DNA of 58,393 nucleotides from Alphaproteobacteria bacterium RIFCSPLOWO2_01_FULL_40_26 (GTDB lineage Bacteria; Pseudomonadota; Alphaproteobacteria; Rickettsiales; UBA1997): NCBI GenBank assembly GCA_001767955.1, contig MEMO01000031.1, positions 50,647 to 109,039 of the forward strand, read 5' to 3'. Shown piece by piece: positions 50,163 to 58,393 of this stretch (position 1 is its first letter; each line of letters starts with the position of its first letter). The notes under the pieces were generated by a model. It saw only the letters and a program-made list of their open reading frames with translations, ran no database searches and was not told where the DNA came from. The position numbers and the translations under genes were made by a program.

Positions 50163-51326
50163 ATGATTAAATTCTTAATGAGCTCCGGGCCTTGGGGGCC
50201 TTGGAGCGGTGGTAGTTCAAAACCAAATCCAAAACCAAACCAACCAAAACAGGAAAGGGAAGAGAAAAAACCCCAACCGCAAAATGCGCAACCTGATTTT
50301 GATGAATTTTTCAGAAAAATTGGAGATTCTTTCAAGAAAAAATTTGGTGGAAATTTTGGCAATGGCGGCGCAGGAAAAAACTATGACAAAGCCCCAAAAT
50401 CAGTGATTGGCCTGATTTTTCTTATTCTGATTCTGATTTGGCTAGCGCTTGGAATTTACAAAGTTGATTCCGACGAAAACGCCGTAGTTCTCTATTTCGG
50501 AAAATTTTATAAAATTGCCACGCCCGGCCTAAATTACTACATCCCCTACCCTTTCGGTCAGGTTATTAAAAAAAGCGTTACTACGGTTAACACCGAAGAA
50601 TTTGGTTTTTCATCCAATAGCAGAAAATCCGACCAACGCAATTTTGATGCTGAAAGCCTGATGCTCACCGGCGATGAAAACATCGTTGATATCGACTTCC
50701 AGGTGCAATGGCAAATTGCTGATATCAGGAATTTTGTTTTCAACATTGCCGAACCAAATCAGGCCATTCGCAAATCGGCAGAAAGTGCAATGCGTGAAAT
50801 CATCGCCCGCACTCCAATTGCAGGCGCTCTGTCTGCCGGCAAAGAAAAAATTGAACAGGAAACTAAAATTTTGCTGCAGGAAATTCTTGATTATTACGGC
50901 GCTGGCGTGCGCGTGGTTTTGGTGCAACTTCGTCGTGTTGATCCACCGTCGCAAGTAATCGACGCTTTCCGCGATGTTCAAACCGCCAAAGCCGATAAGG
51001 AAAAAGAAATCAATCAGGCTCAAGCCTATGCCAATGATATAATCCCGAGAGCGCGCGGCACGGCAGCACAAATGAAAGAACAGGCCGAAGCTTATGCCAA
51101 AGAAGTGGTGGCCAATGCGCAGGGCGAAGCGGGAAGATTCGTGGCGGTTTATAACCAATATGCCAAAGCCAAACAGGTAACAAAAAAACGTCTTTATCTC
51201 GAAACTATGGAAAAAATTTATCGCGATATGGACAAAATCTACATCGATAAGAGCGCAGGAAAATCAGGGGTTTTGCCATATTTTCCTTTAAATGAACTCA
51301 ACAAACCAAAAAGCAATGAACAATAG
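50163..51326 (+). CDS. hflK: Protease modulator HflK
   Basis: 387 aa. N-terminal GPWGPW.., a Pro/Gln-rich linker, a TM helix, then an SPFH/band-7 domain. Followed by hflC. Confidence 0.88.
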   Translation: MIKFLMSSGPWGPWSGGSSKPNPKPNQPKQEREEKKPQPQNAQPDFDEFFRKIGDSFKKKFGGNFGNGGAGKNYDKAPKSVIGLIFLILILIWLALGIYKVDSDENAVVLYFGKFYKIATPGLNYYIPYPFGQVIKKSVTTVNTEEFGFSSNSRKSDQRNFDAESLMLTGDENIVDIDFQVQWQIADIRNFVFNIAEPNQAIRKSAESAMREIIARTPIAGALSAGKEKIEQETKILLQEILDYYGAGVRVVLVQLRRVDPPSQVIDAFRDVQTAKADKEKEINQAQAYANDIIPRARGTAAQMKEQAEAYAKEVVANAQGEAGRFVAVYNQYAKAKQVTKKRLYLETMEKIYRDMDKIYIDKSAGKSGVLPYFPLNELNKPKSNEQ

Positions 51327-52173
51327 AACAAAAAAACTTCTAATCTTATCAACGCTTAGCGTGATTATTTTTTTCAGCGCCATGTTCACACTTGATCAGC
51401 GCGAACAGGTTCTGATTCTACAATTTGGTGAACCAATCCGCACCATTGACACTCCCGGCATTAAATTCAAATGGCCTTTGCTGCAAAACGCGCTGTTTTT
51501 TGATAAAAGAATCATTGATCTCGCTTTGCCGGAACAGGAAGTAATCGCATCCGATCAAAAACGCCTGATCATCAACGCTTTCGCCAAATATAAAATCATC
51601 GATCCGCTAAAATTTTATACTACAGTTGGCAATTCCTACGGACTAGCCAGTAAGCTTGCCGGCATACTCGATTCCAGCCTGCGTCAAGTGATTGGCGAAG
51701 TAACTTTGAGCGAGCTCCTCACCGAAAATCGCAGCGATGTGATGAAGGAAATTAAGGAAGCGGTAAGCAAATCGTCGGAAATTTTTGGCATTCAAATCGT
51801 TGATGTGCGCGTTATGAGAGCCGATTTACCCAAAGAAAATTCCGATGCAATTTACGCCCGCATGCAAACTGAACGCGAAAAAGAAGCTCGCGAAATCAGG
51901 GCCAAAGGCGCTGAAGAAGCCGATAAAATCCGTGCCGAAGCCGAAAAACAAAAAACCATCATCCTCGCCGAAGCTAAAAAAAATGCTGATTTGGCACGAG
52001 GTGGTGGTGAAGGTGAAGCCAATAAAATTTATGCCAATGCCTTTGGCCGTGATCCTGAATTCGCTGATTTCTACCGCTCAATGAGCGCTTATAAAGAGGC
52101 ATTTAAAAACGATAAAACCAAAATGATCGTTTCGCCGGACAGTGAATTTTTCAAATATTTCGGAAACAAATAA
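51316..52173 (+). CDS. hflC: Protease modulator HflC
   Basis: SPFH domain protein with an N-terminal TM helix (..LLILSTLSVIIFFSAMF) and ..VDVRVMRADLP... The start is ambiguous (51292 or 51316). Confidence 0.85.
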   Translation: MNNRTKKLLILSTLSVIIFFSAMFTLDQREQVLILQFGEPIRTIDTPGIKFKWPLLQNALFFDKRIIDLALPEQEVIASDQKRLIINAFAKYKIIDPLKFYTTVGNSYGLASKLAGILDSSLRQVIGEVTLSELLTENRSDVMKEIKEAVSKSSEIFGIQIVDVRVMRADLPKENSDAIYARMQTEREKEAREIRAKGAEEADKIRAEAEKQKTIILAEAKKNADLARGGGEGEANKIYANAFGRDPEFADFYRSMSAYKEAFKNDKTKMIVSPDSEFFKYFGNK

Positions 52174-52181
52174 CTGACTTT

Positions 52182-53696
52182 ATGAAAAAACTCACATTGA
52201 TTTTTTTACTTTGCATTTTTTCTACGAATCAAAGTTTCGCACGCGAAAAAAAACCAGCTGCGGCGCCAAAAGCTTTAGCAACAGTTGAAAATATCCTTCC
52301 ACCAAAACAGATGGCGCCAAAACAGGTGATGATGGACAGTTTTTCCGACATTGTTGAGGATTTACTCCCAGCTGTTGTCAACATTTCCGCCACACAGGAG
52401 GTTGAATCCGGCAGCGGAAATTCAGCCGACCAAATTCTGCTTGGCGAATTGCCAAAAACTCCACTTTTCGACGAATTCAGAAAACAATTGGAGAATCAAT
52501 TTCGCGGCGGCGGAACAAAAAAACAAAAAATTTCCTCAATCGGATCAGGTTTTGTGATCTCAAAAGATGGTTATGTCGTCACCAATAATCATGTGATTGA
52601 TGATGCCAATGAAATAACCGTCAGCCTAAATGACGGCTCAAAACATAAAGCCAGAATTATCGGCATCGACAGAAAAACCGACTTGGCTCTGCTAAAAATC
52701 AATAGTGGCAAAGAATTGAAATTTGCCCGTTTTGGCGATTCTGCAAAAGCCAGAATTGGTGATTGGGTAATTGTGGTTGGAAATCCATATGGCCTTGGTG
52801 GATCCGTTTCGGTTGGCATAGTTTCAGCGCGTGGTCGCGATATCAATAACGGCCAAAATGACGATTTTATTCAAACCGATGCCGCCATCAATAAAGGCAA
52901 TTCCGGCGGTCCAATGTTTAACATGAAGGGTGAAGTGATTGGAATCAGCACCGCAATTTTTTCACCATCTGGCGGTAATGTCGGCATTGGTTTTGCCACA
53001 CCTTCATCAACTGCCTCACAAGTAATTAAACAGCTAAAAGAGCGTGGAGAAGTAATGCGTGGCTGGATTGGTGTTTCAATTCAAGATGTCAGCGACGAAA
53101 TTGCCGAGGCGATGAAAATGGAAAAAACCACAGGAGCTTTTGTTGTTGACACCACTAAAAACGGTCCGGCGGAAAAAGCCGGCATTTTACCAACTGATGT
53201 GATTCTGAAATTCGCTGATCAGGAAATTACCGAGATGAAAATCCTGCCCAAAACTGTTGCTTCATACCCAATCGGAGAATCGGCAAAAATAGTGATTTGG
53301 CGTCATGGCAAGGAAAAAATCCTCAAAATCAAAGTTGAAAAAATGAATAATGATTTCAGCACAAAAACCAAAAACCAGATTCTGGAAAAACAACAAAACA
53401 TCAAGCCAGTTGGCCAAATACTTGGGCTCGGCCTGGCTGAAATGAAAAGCAAAGTCAAGAAAGACAAAACCGAGCTAAATATCGAAGGTTTGCTGGTAGT
53501 TGAAATCAGTCCAAAATCCGAAGCGGCAGAAAAAGGTTTGATGATTGGCGACATCATAATTTCCGCCAATCAAACCAATGTTAAATCAATCGACGATCTT
53601 AAAAACATCATCGAAGAAGCAGAAAAAACCACCAAAAAACTTTTCCTTTTCATCCAGCGCGGTGATGGCCATTTTGCAACGGTTTTGGGAATGTGA
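52182..53696 (+). CDS. degP: Periplasmic serine endoprotease DegP/HtrA (Do family), two PDZ domains
   Basis: 504 aa. Signal peptide, catalytic triad context ..VVTNNHVI.. / ..DLALLKI.. / GNSGGPMFN, then two PDZ-like regions. Confidence 0.92.
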   Translation: MKKLTLIFLLCIFSTNQSFAREKKPAAAPKALATVENILPPKQMAPKQVMMDSFSDIVEDLLPAVVNISATQEVESGSGNSADQILLGELPKTPLFDEFRKQLENQFRGGGTKKQKISSIGSGFVISKDGYVVTNNHVIDDANEITVSLNDGSKHKARIIGIDRKTDLALLKINSGKELKFARFGDSAKARIGDWVIVVGNPYGLGGSVSVGIVSARGRDINNGQNDDFIQTDAAINKGNSGGPMFNMKGEVIGISTAIFSPSGGNVGIGFATPSSTASQVIKQLKERGEVMRGWIGVSIQDVSDEIAEAMKMEKTTGAFVVDTTKNGPAEKAGILPTDVILKFADQEITEMKILPKTVASYPIGESAKIVIWRHGKEKILKIKVEKMNNDFSTKTKNQILEKQQNIKPVGQILGLGLAEMKSKVKKDKTELNIEGLLVVEISPKSEAAEKGLMIGDIIISANQTNVKSIDDLKNIIEEAEKTTKKLFLFIQRGDGHFATVLGM

Positions 53697-53704
53697 AATA
53701 GGCG

Positions 53705-54550
53705 ATGAAAGCCTTGTGCCATGCAAAAATTAATCTCTTCCTCAAAGTCTTGGGAAAACGCAATGATGGATTTCACGATCTGGAATCGCTACTGGCATTC
53801 ACTGATCTGGCAGATGAATTGGAAGTGGAAAAGAGCAATCAATTTCAGATTAAAATCAGCGGAAAATTCGCTGAATTTGTTGATCCAAAAAACAATCTTC
53901 TCACCAAAACTCTTGATTTTTTTGCCACTGAATTTGGCATCACAAAAAATCTTTATATCAGGCTGAAAAAAAATATTCCGGTTGGTGGCGGACTTGGCGG
54001 TGGCTCATCTGATGCCGCACAATTTATGAAAATCCTGAACAAAATTTTTGCGCTGAATTTGAATAAAAATGAGCTACAAAAAATTTCGCTAAATTTCGGC
54101 TCCGATATTGCATTTTTTTTTGAAGATCACGCTTCAATAATCAAAGGCCGCGGTGAGGTAATTGAAAACTTTCCCAGCTTTGAACCAATTCCGGCACTGC
54201 TTGTTAACCCTTGCGTCAATCTTTCAACTAAAGAAATTTTTTATAAATTTGGCACAAGTTTTTCACCGGAGATTCCAACTCAAAAACTTCTGCAAGAAAA
54301 TGTTTTTGAGTTGATAAAGTCATTGCCAAATGATCTTGAAAAAGCGGCAATATCAACATCTCCCATCATTTCTGAAATTCTTGATACACTGAAAAAATCT
54401 GGCGCCGATCACGCCAAAATGTCCGGCAGCGGCACAACATGTTTTGGAATTTTTGCGAACGAAAAGAAACTGGATGAAGCAAAAAAAACTTTACAGCAGA
54501 AATTTCCCCGATTTTTCATAAAAAAGATCAGCATCCTATCTCATGTTTAA
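53705..54550 (+). CDS. ispE: 4-diphosphocytidyl-2-C-methyl-D-erythritol kinase
   Basis: 281 aa. AKINLFLKVLGKRNDGFHDLESL and the GHMP motif PVGGGLGGGSSDAA. Confidence 0.9.
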   Translation: MKALCHAKINLFLKVLGKRNDGFHDLESLLAFTDLADELEVEKSNQFQIKISGKFAEFVDPKNNLLTKTLDFFATEFGITKNLYIRLKKNIPVGGGLGGGSSDAAQFMKILNKIFALNLNKNELQKISLNFGSDIAFFFEDHASIIKGRGEVIENFPSFEPIPALLVNPCVNLSTKEIFYKFGTSFSPEIPTQKLLQENVFELIKSLPNDLEKAAISTSPIISEILDTLKKSGADHAKMSGSGTTCFGIFANEKKLDEAKKTLQQKFPRFFIKKISILSHV

Positions 54551-54989
54551 ATCAGTAGAGGAAAATATCTCTTACCTTCTCAAACCTTTATTTTCAGGCA
54601 ACAAGAAGGAATTCATCATCATCGGCAATCTGATCAAAAACTGGGAAGAAATTGTTGGAAAAAAATATGCAAAATTCTGCCATCCCGAAAAAACCAATTT
54701 CAACAAGAATGAGAAAACCTTAACCATCGCCGTTCACAATGCGGCAACCGGATTTTTTCTAAAAAACAACAGTGAAATTCTGCTCGAAAGAATCGCAACT
54801 TTTTACGGATTTAAAGCCATTTCTAAAATAATTATCAAACAAGAACCAAAAAATATTGAAACCACAAACCCTTTAGAATCAAAGCTTGACGAGAATAAAG
54901 AAAAATTTTTACACGAAAAAACTGCCGCAATTTCAGACCAAAATTTAGCAGAAAGTTTGAATAAACTTGGGAGAGAAATTTTTAAATAA
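54543..54989 (+). CDS. DUF721 (DciA-like) protein
   Basis: 148 aa. ..NWEEIVGKKYAKFCHPEK....KTLTIAVHNAATGFFLKNNSEILLERI.. fits the DUF721 pattern (W..iVG......t.p.....g.L.v.v.....a.el......il..l). Confidence 0.55.
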   Translation: MFKSVEENISYLLKPLFSGNKKEFIIIGNLIKNWEEIVGKKYAKFCHPEKTNFNKNEKTLTIAVHNAATGFFLKNNSEILLERIATFYGFKAISKIIIKQEPKNIETTNPLESKLDENKEKFLHEKTAAISDQNLAESLNKLGREIFK

Positions 54990-54995
54990 TCCGCC

Positions 54996-55140
54996 GGTTG
55001 TTATCAAAAATATTGTGTCTCTAAAAACAGATCCTGAAACAAGTTCAGGATGACATGTTTTGAAACCATCCTCCCCAGATTGTCATCCTGAACTTGTTTC
55101 AGGATCTAATTATTCTGGACACAAAATTTTAAGAACAATC
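54996..55140. repeat. Family B nested palindromic element (~145 bp), copy B2
   Basis: Near-identical to 41934-42079. Its right terminus (ttttaagaacaatc) supplies the last codons and the stop of lipA. Confidence 0.92.
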
Positions 55141-56112
55141 AATCCGCCTGTTTCGCTCCTCTCTCATCTTCGCAAAATCGTCGCCGGCATGATAGGAAGA
55201 GCGTGTTAGCGGGCTTGAAGAAACCATGAGAAATCCTTTGGCGTAGGCCATTTTTTTATACATTTCAAACTCATCAGGATGGATATAGCGGTCAACCGGC
55301 GTGTGGCGCAAGGTTGGACGCAAATATTGGCCAATTGTTAGAAAATCGATATCGGCACAACGCATATCATCCATCACTTGCAGCACTTGCTCTTTGGTTT
55401 CGCCAAGACCAACCATAAGACCGGATTTGGTAAACATTGATCGATCAATTTCCTTCACATTTTTTAAAAGATTCAGCGAATGGAAATAGCGCGCACCCGG
55501 GCGAATCGTGGTGTAAAGACTGGGAACGGTTTCGATATTGTGATTAAAAACATCGGGCTTGGCAGCAACAACCTTCTCAAGCGCACCTTCTTTGCGCAAA
55601 AAATCCGGTGTTAAAATTTCAATTGTCGTGCCGGGAGATTTTTTACGCACATTTTCGATGCATTTTACAAATTGTTCAGCGCCGCCGTCTGGCAGATCAT
55701 CGCGATCAACAGAGGTGATGACGATATGCTTCAAACCCGAAACTTTTGCCACATCGCCAACATTCTCCGGCTCATGCGGATTTACGGCATCGGGACGACC
55801 GGTTTCAATATTGCAAAAAGAACAGGCACGTGTGCAAACCGAACCCAAAATCATCACCGTTGCATGCTTCTGCGCCCAGCATTCACCGATATTGGGACAA
55901 GCGGCTTCTTCGCAAACCGTATGCAATTTTTTTTCATTGAGCAACTCTTTGGTTTCATAATATCCCTTGGAAACCGGCGCTTTAACACGAATCCAATCCG
56001 GCTTGCGCTGCATTTTTTCCTTGGGGAAATTAATGGCAAAACCGCGTAAATCCTTGTTGTCAAATTTAGCAATCTGTCCTGATTCGCGTTTCTCTTCGCG
56101 TGTCGGCATCAT
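55129..56112 (-). CDS. lipA: Lipoyl synthase
   Basis: 327 aa. [13 protein letters not shown] and the radical-SAM box [10 protein letters not shown]. Confidence 0.95.
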   Translation of the reverse strand: MMPTREEKRESGQIAKFDNKDLRGFAINFPKEKMQRKPDWIRVKAPVSKGYYETKELLNEKKLHTVCEEAACPNIGECWAQKHATVMILGSVCTRACSFCNIETGRPDAVNPHEPENVGDVAKVSGLKHIVITSVDRDDLPDGGAEQFVKCIENVRKKSPGTTIEILTPDFLRKEGALEKVVAAKPDVFNHNIETVPSLYTTIRPGARYFHSLNLLKNVKEIDRSMFTKSGLMVGLGETKEQVLQVMDDMRCADIDFLTIGQYLRPTLRHTPVDRYIHPDEFEMYKKMAYAKGFLMVSSSPLTRSSYHAGDDFAKMREERNRRIDCS

Positions 56113-56768
56113 TTTATTTCTCCGGTAACAACAAATTTGGCAATTTCGGCAATGTTGGTGGAATGGTCAGCCAGACGTTCAAAACTCTTGGCGATGAAGA
56201 GAGTATTGGTGATTTTCTTAACCTGCTCTTTGTTAAAATTTTCATGCTCGATGATGCGAAATAAATCGCTGTAAATGTGATCAATATCATCATCCTGCTT
56301 CATCACCAAATCAGCCAATTCAGCATTTTGTTCATTAAAAGAAATCACTGCTTCACGCACCATTTCTTTGCATAAATCAATCATGGCAAGCAAAGATTTT
56401 TCAACACCAACCTCAAATTCTTCCCTGCCGATACGAGCAATTTTTTTGATTATGCTTTTAGCCTGATCACCGCTGCGCTCAAGGTTTGATGACACTTTCA
56501 AAGATGAAATCGTATAGCGCAAATCAACTGCCATTGGCTGACGCAAGGCCAAAATCGCCGTCACTTTTTTTTCAATAAGATGATCAAGAGAATTGATTTT
56601 GTAATCATGGGCGTTGATTTTTTCGATCAGATTTTCATCACGGGTTTCGATCATTTGCGCCACCATTTCAATTGATTCGATGACGAGATAAAGCATGTTG
56701 TCAAGCGTTCCGGCAATTGATTGCAGATCTTTGTCGTAGGATTTGACGGTATGTTCTTTGAGAGACAT
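56109..56768 (-). CDS. phoU: Phosphate signalling complex protein PhoU
   Basis: 219 aa. Two PhoU repeats with E..(D)...D motifs (..[11 protein letters not shown].., ..[13 protein letters not shown]..). It overlaps lipA by 4 nt. Confidence 0.85.
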   Translation of the reverse strand: MSLKEHTVKSYDKDLQSIAGTLDNMLYLVIESIEMVAQMIETRDENLIEKINAHDYKINSLDHLIEKKVTAILALRQPMAVDLRYTISSLKVSSNLERSGDQAKSIIKKIARIGREEFEVGVEKSLLAMIDLCKEMVREAVISFNEQNAELADLVMKQDDDIDHIYSDLFRIIEHENFNKEQVKKITNTLFIAKSFERLADHSTNIAEIAKFVVTGEIK

Positions 56769-56770
56769 AA

Positions 56771-56853
56771 GTTTAGGATTTAAGATTTAGGATTTAAGAT
56801 TTAGGTTCGGCAAAAGTTTTTAAATCCTAAATCCTAAATCTTAAATCCTAAAT
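56771..56853. repeat. Heptad hairpin, TAGGATT/TAAGATT type, filling the phoU<>purD divergent region
   Basis: gtttaggatttaagatttaggatttaagatttagg - ttcggcaaaagt - ttttaaatcctaaatcctaaatcttaaatcctaaat. Confidence 0.92.
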
Positions 56854-56862
56854 TTGATTAGC

Positions 56863-58143
56863 ATGAAAAAAATTCTGGTTATCGGTTCTGGCGGTAGAGA
56901 ACATGCGATTTGTGAAGCGTTTAGAAAATCGCCGCAAAAGCCGGAAATTTTTGCACTTCCGGGCAATGCCGGAATTGCAGAAATTGCCAAAATTGTTGAT
57001 GGGGTAAGGCAAAATGAACATCAAAAAATTATTGATTTTTGTCAGCACAAAAAAATTGATTTTGTTTTTGTAGGACCAGAACAGCCTTTATCAGACGGGA
57101 TATGCGACGATTTAAAACAAAACGGAATTCGCGTTTTTGGACCATCAAAAAAAGCATCGCGGCTTGAAGGTTCAAAAATTTTCATGAAAAAAATTGCAAT
57201 GGAAAATGCAGTGCCAACCGCTGCTTACGAAACTTTTTCCAATGCAAAATCCGCGCTTGAATTTGCCAAAAAACTTGGATTTCCCTGTGTAATTAAAACT
57301 GATGGACTCGCCTCTGGCAAGGGCGTGATCATTCCACAAAATTTTGATGAAGCAAAAAAAACCATCACAGAAATTTTTGCCGGAAAATTTGGCGATGCCG
57401 GAAAAAATATCATCATTGAAGAATTTCTTGAAGGCTTTGAAGTCAGCTATTTTGTGATTTGTGACGGAAAAAATTTTATCCCGCTTGGCTTTGCCCATGA
57501 TTACAAAAGAGTCGGCGAAAATGACAGCGGTACCAACACCGGCGGAATGGGAACTTATGCCCCCTCACCTTTTGTTGATAAAAAAATCGAGGAAGAAATC
57601 ATCACAAAAATCATTCGCCCAACCTTGCGCGGCCTTGAAAATATTGATGCGCCATTCAAAGGAATTTTGTTTGCCGGTTTGATGATTGCAAAAAACAAAC
57701 CAAAACTTCTGGAATTCAATATCCGCTTTGGAGACCCGGAAACACAGGTGATTCTACCACGCATCAAATCCGATTTCATGACGCTAATTGAGGCGGCAAT
57801 TGATGGCAAACTCAACAAATTCCATATCGAATTTGATGAAGAAAAAAAACTGGTTTGCGTGGTAATGTGTGCCAAAGGCTATCCCGAAAATTATGAGAAA
57901 GGCAGTGAAATCAAAGGCCTCGCAAATATCAAAACCGCTAAAATCCTTCATGCCGGTACAATTAGAAAAGATAACAAAATTTTAGCAAATGGCGGACGCG
58001 TTTTAAACATCATCGCCGATGGAAAAACATTTGCGGAAGCCAGGAAAAAGGCTTACGAAGCCGTTGATTCAATTGACTGGAAAGAAGGATTCGTCAGACG
58101 TGATATCGCAAAAAAGGCAGACTGTAATCTAAACCCTCTTTGA
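56863..58143 (+). CDS. purD: Phosphoribosylamine--glycine ligase
   Basis: MKKILVIGSGGREHAI.., an ATP-grasp core and ..RFGDPETQ... The stop TGA lies in the loop of the first hairpin of the terminal repeat. Confidence 0.93.
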   Translation: MKKILVIGSGGREHAICEAFRKSPQKPEIFALPGNAGIAEIAKIVDGVRQNEHQKIIDFCQHKKIDFVFVGPEQPLSDGICDDLKQNGIRVFGPSKKASRLEGSKIFMKKIAMENAVPTAAYETFSNAKSALEFAKKLGFPCVIKTDGLASGKGVIIPQNFDEAKKTITEIFAGKFGDAGKNIIIEEFLEGFEVSYFVICDGKNFIPLGFAHDYKRVGENDSGTNTGGMGTYAPSPFVDKKIEEEIITKIIRPTLRGLENIDAPFKGILFAGLMIAKNKPKLLEFNIRFGDPETQVILPRIKSDFMTLIEAAIDGKLNKFHIEFDEEKKLVCVVMCAKGYPENYEKGSEIKGLANIKTAKILHAGTIRKDNKILANGGRVLNIIADGKTFAEARKKAYEAVDSIDWKEGFVRRDIAKKADCNLNPL

Positions 58144-58393
58144 AAAAGAGGGTGGATCAATCGCGATAGCGATTGAGACGGGTGATTTGAGAGAGACAAA
58201 CTCTAACTTTGAGTTTGTCTCCATAAATCCTCCGGCGCTTCGCGCCACCTCCTTTTTCAAAGGAGGTTAGCCCTCTTTGAAAAAGAGGGTGGCATCGCAC
58301 AAAGTGCGATGACGGGTGATTTGGGAGAGACAAACTCTAACTCTGAGTTTGTCTCCATAAATCCTCCGTCTGATTGCTTCGCAATCAGCCACC
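58134..58393. repeat. Family D multi-hairpin composite repeat, two tandem 137-bp units (second cut by the window end)
   Basis: Units start at 58134 and 58271 (ccctctttgaaaaagaggg...). Each is a chain of 4-5 short stem-loops. The second and fourth stems differ between copies but keep their pairing. Confidence 0.9.

Noticed and set aside
1-58393. A prophage, insertion sequence or integrative element that could explain the accessory blocks and repeats.
   Set aside because: I recognised no integrase, transposase, recombinase, phage structural gene or conjugation gene in any frame. All the repeats appear to be non-autonomous.

Overview
This 58.4-kb window is AT-rich and its gene content looks alphaproteobacterial, probably from an intracellular Rickettsiales- or Holosporales-like lineage. 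Supporting this are a class I LysRS, paired ATP synthase b and b' subunits, an ankyrin-repeat protein, an IalB-like protein and palindromic repeats inserted in frame in genes. I did not identify the organism.

The backbone is housekeeping. On the minus strand there is a long translationally coupled operon, rpsB-tsf-pyrH-frr-uppS-cdsA-thiG-phosphohexomutase-coaE. On the plus strand there is atpB-atpE-atpF'-atpF-pheT. Other genes are lysS, an mtaB-like gene, ftsW, argH, ispH, aroQ, pssA, tkt, znuA/znuC-like genes, apbC, hflKC-degP-ispE, lipA-phoU and purD, plus one tRNA-Gly(GCC).

Two accessory blocks stand out:
- 24.2-30.7 kb: two very large orphan ORFs (940 and 1215 aa) with no motif I recognise, fused behind pheT.
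- 32.1-41.9 kb: duplicated TonB-dependent receptor / YfiR-like (DUF4154) pairs, a free Hpt protein, a LuxI/FeeM-like N-acyltransferase and a divergent hybrid histidine kinase. I read this as a candidate outer-membrane-to-phosphorelay signalling system, possibly with a self-made acyl ligand.

The window is also saturated with at least six families of structured repeats:
- about 160-bp palindromes with a conserved apex and covarying stems
- about 146-bp nested palindromes
- TGYCAY-plus-hairpin modules
- a 137-bp multi-hairpin unit at both window ends
- a PLPLWERVGVRG-type palindrome
- hairpins built from tandem 7-nt units

The heptad hairpins fill whole divergent intergenic regions. One stop-free heptad type sits in frame inside pheT, and the same type forms the znuA-like N-terminus; a different heptad type (GGTAAGT) forms an in-frame hairpin inside the mtaB-like gene. 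Gene remnants (alaS 5' fragment, queH and mutM 3' fragments) indicate repeat-associated rearrangement. I found no CRISPR array, rRNA, transposase or integrase.
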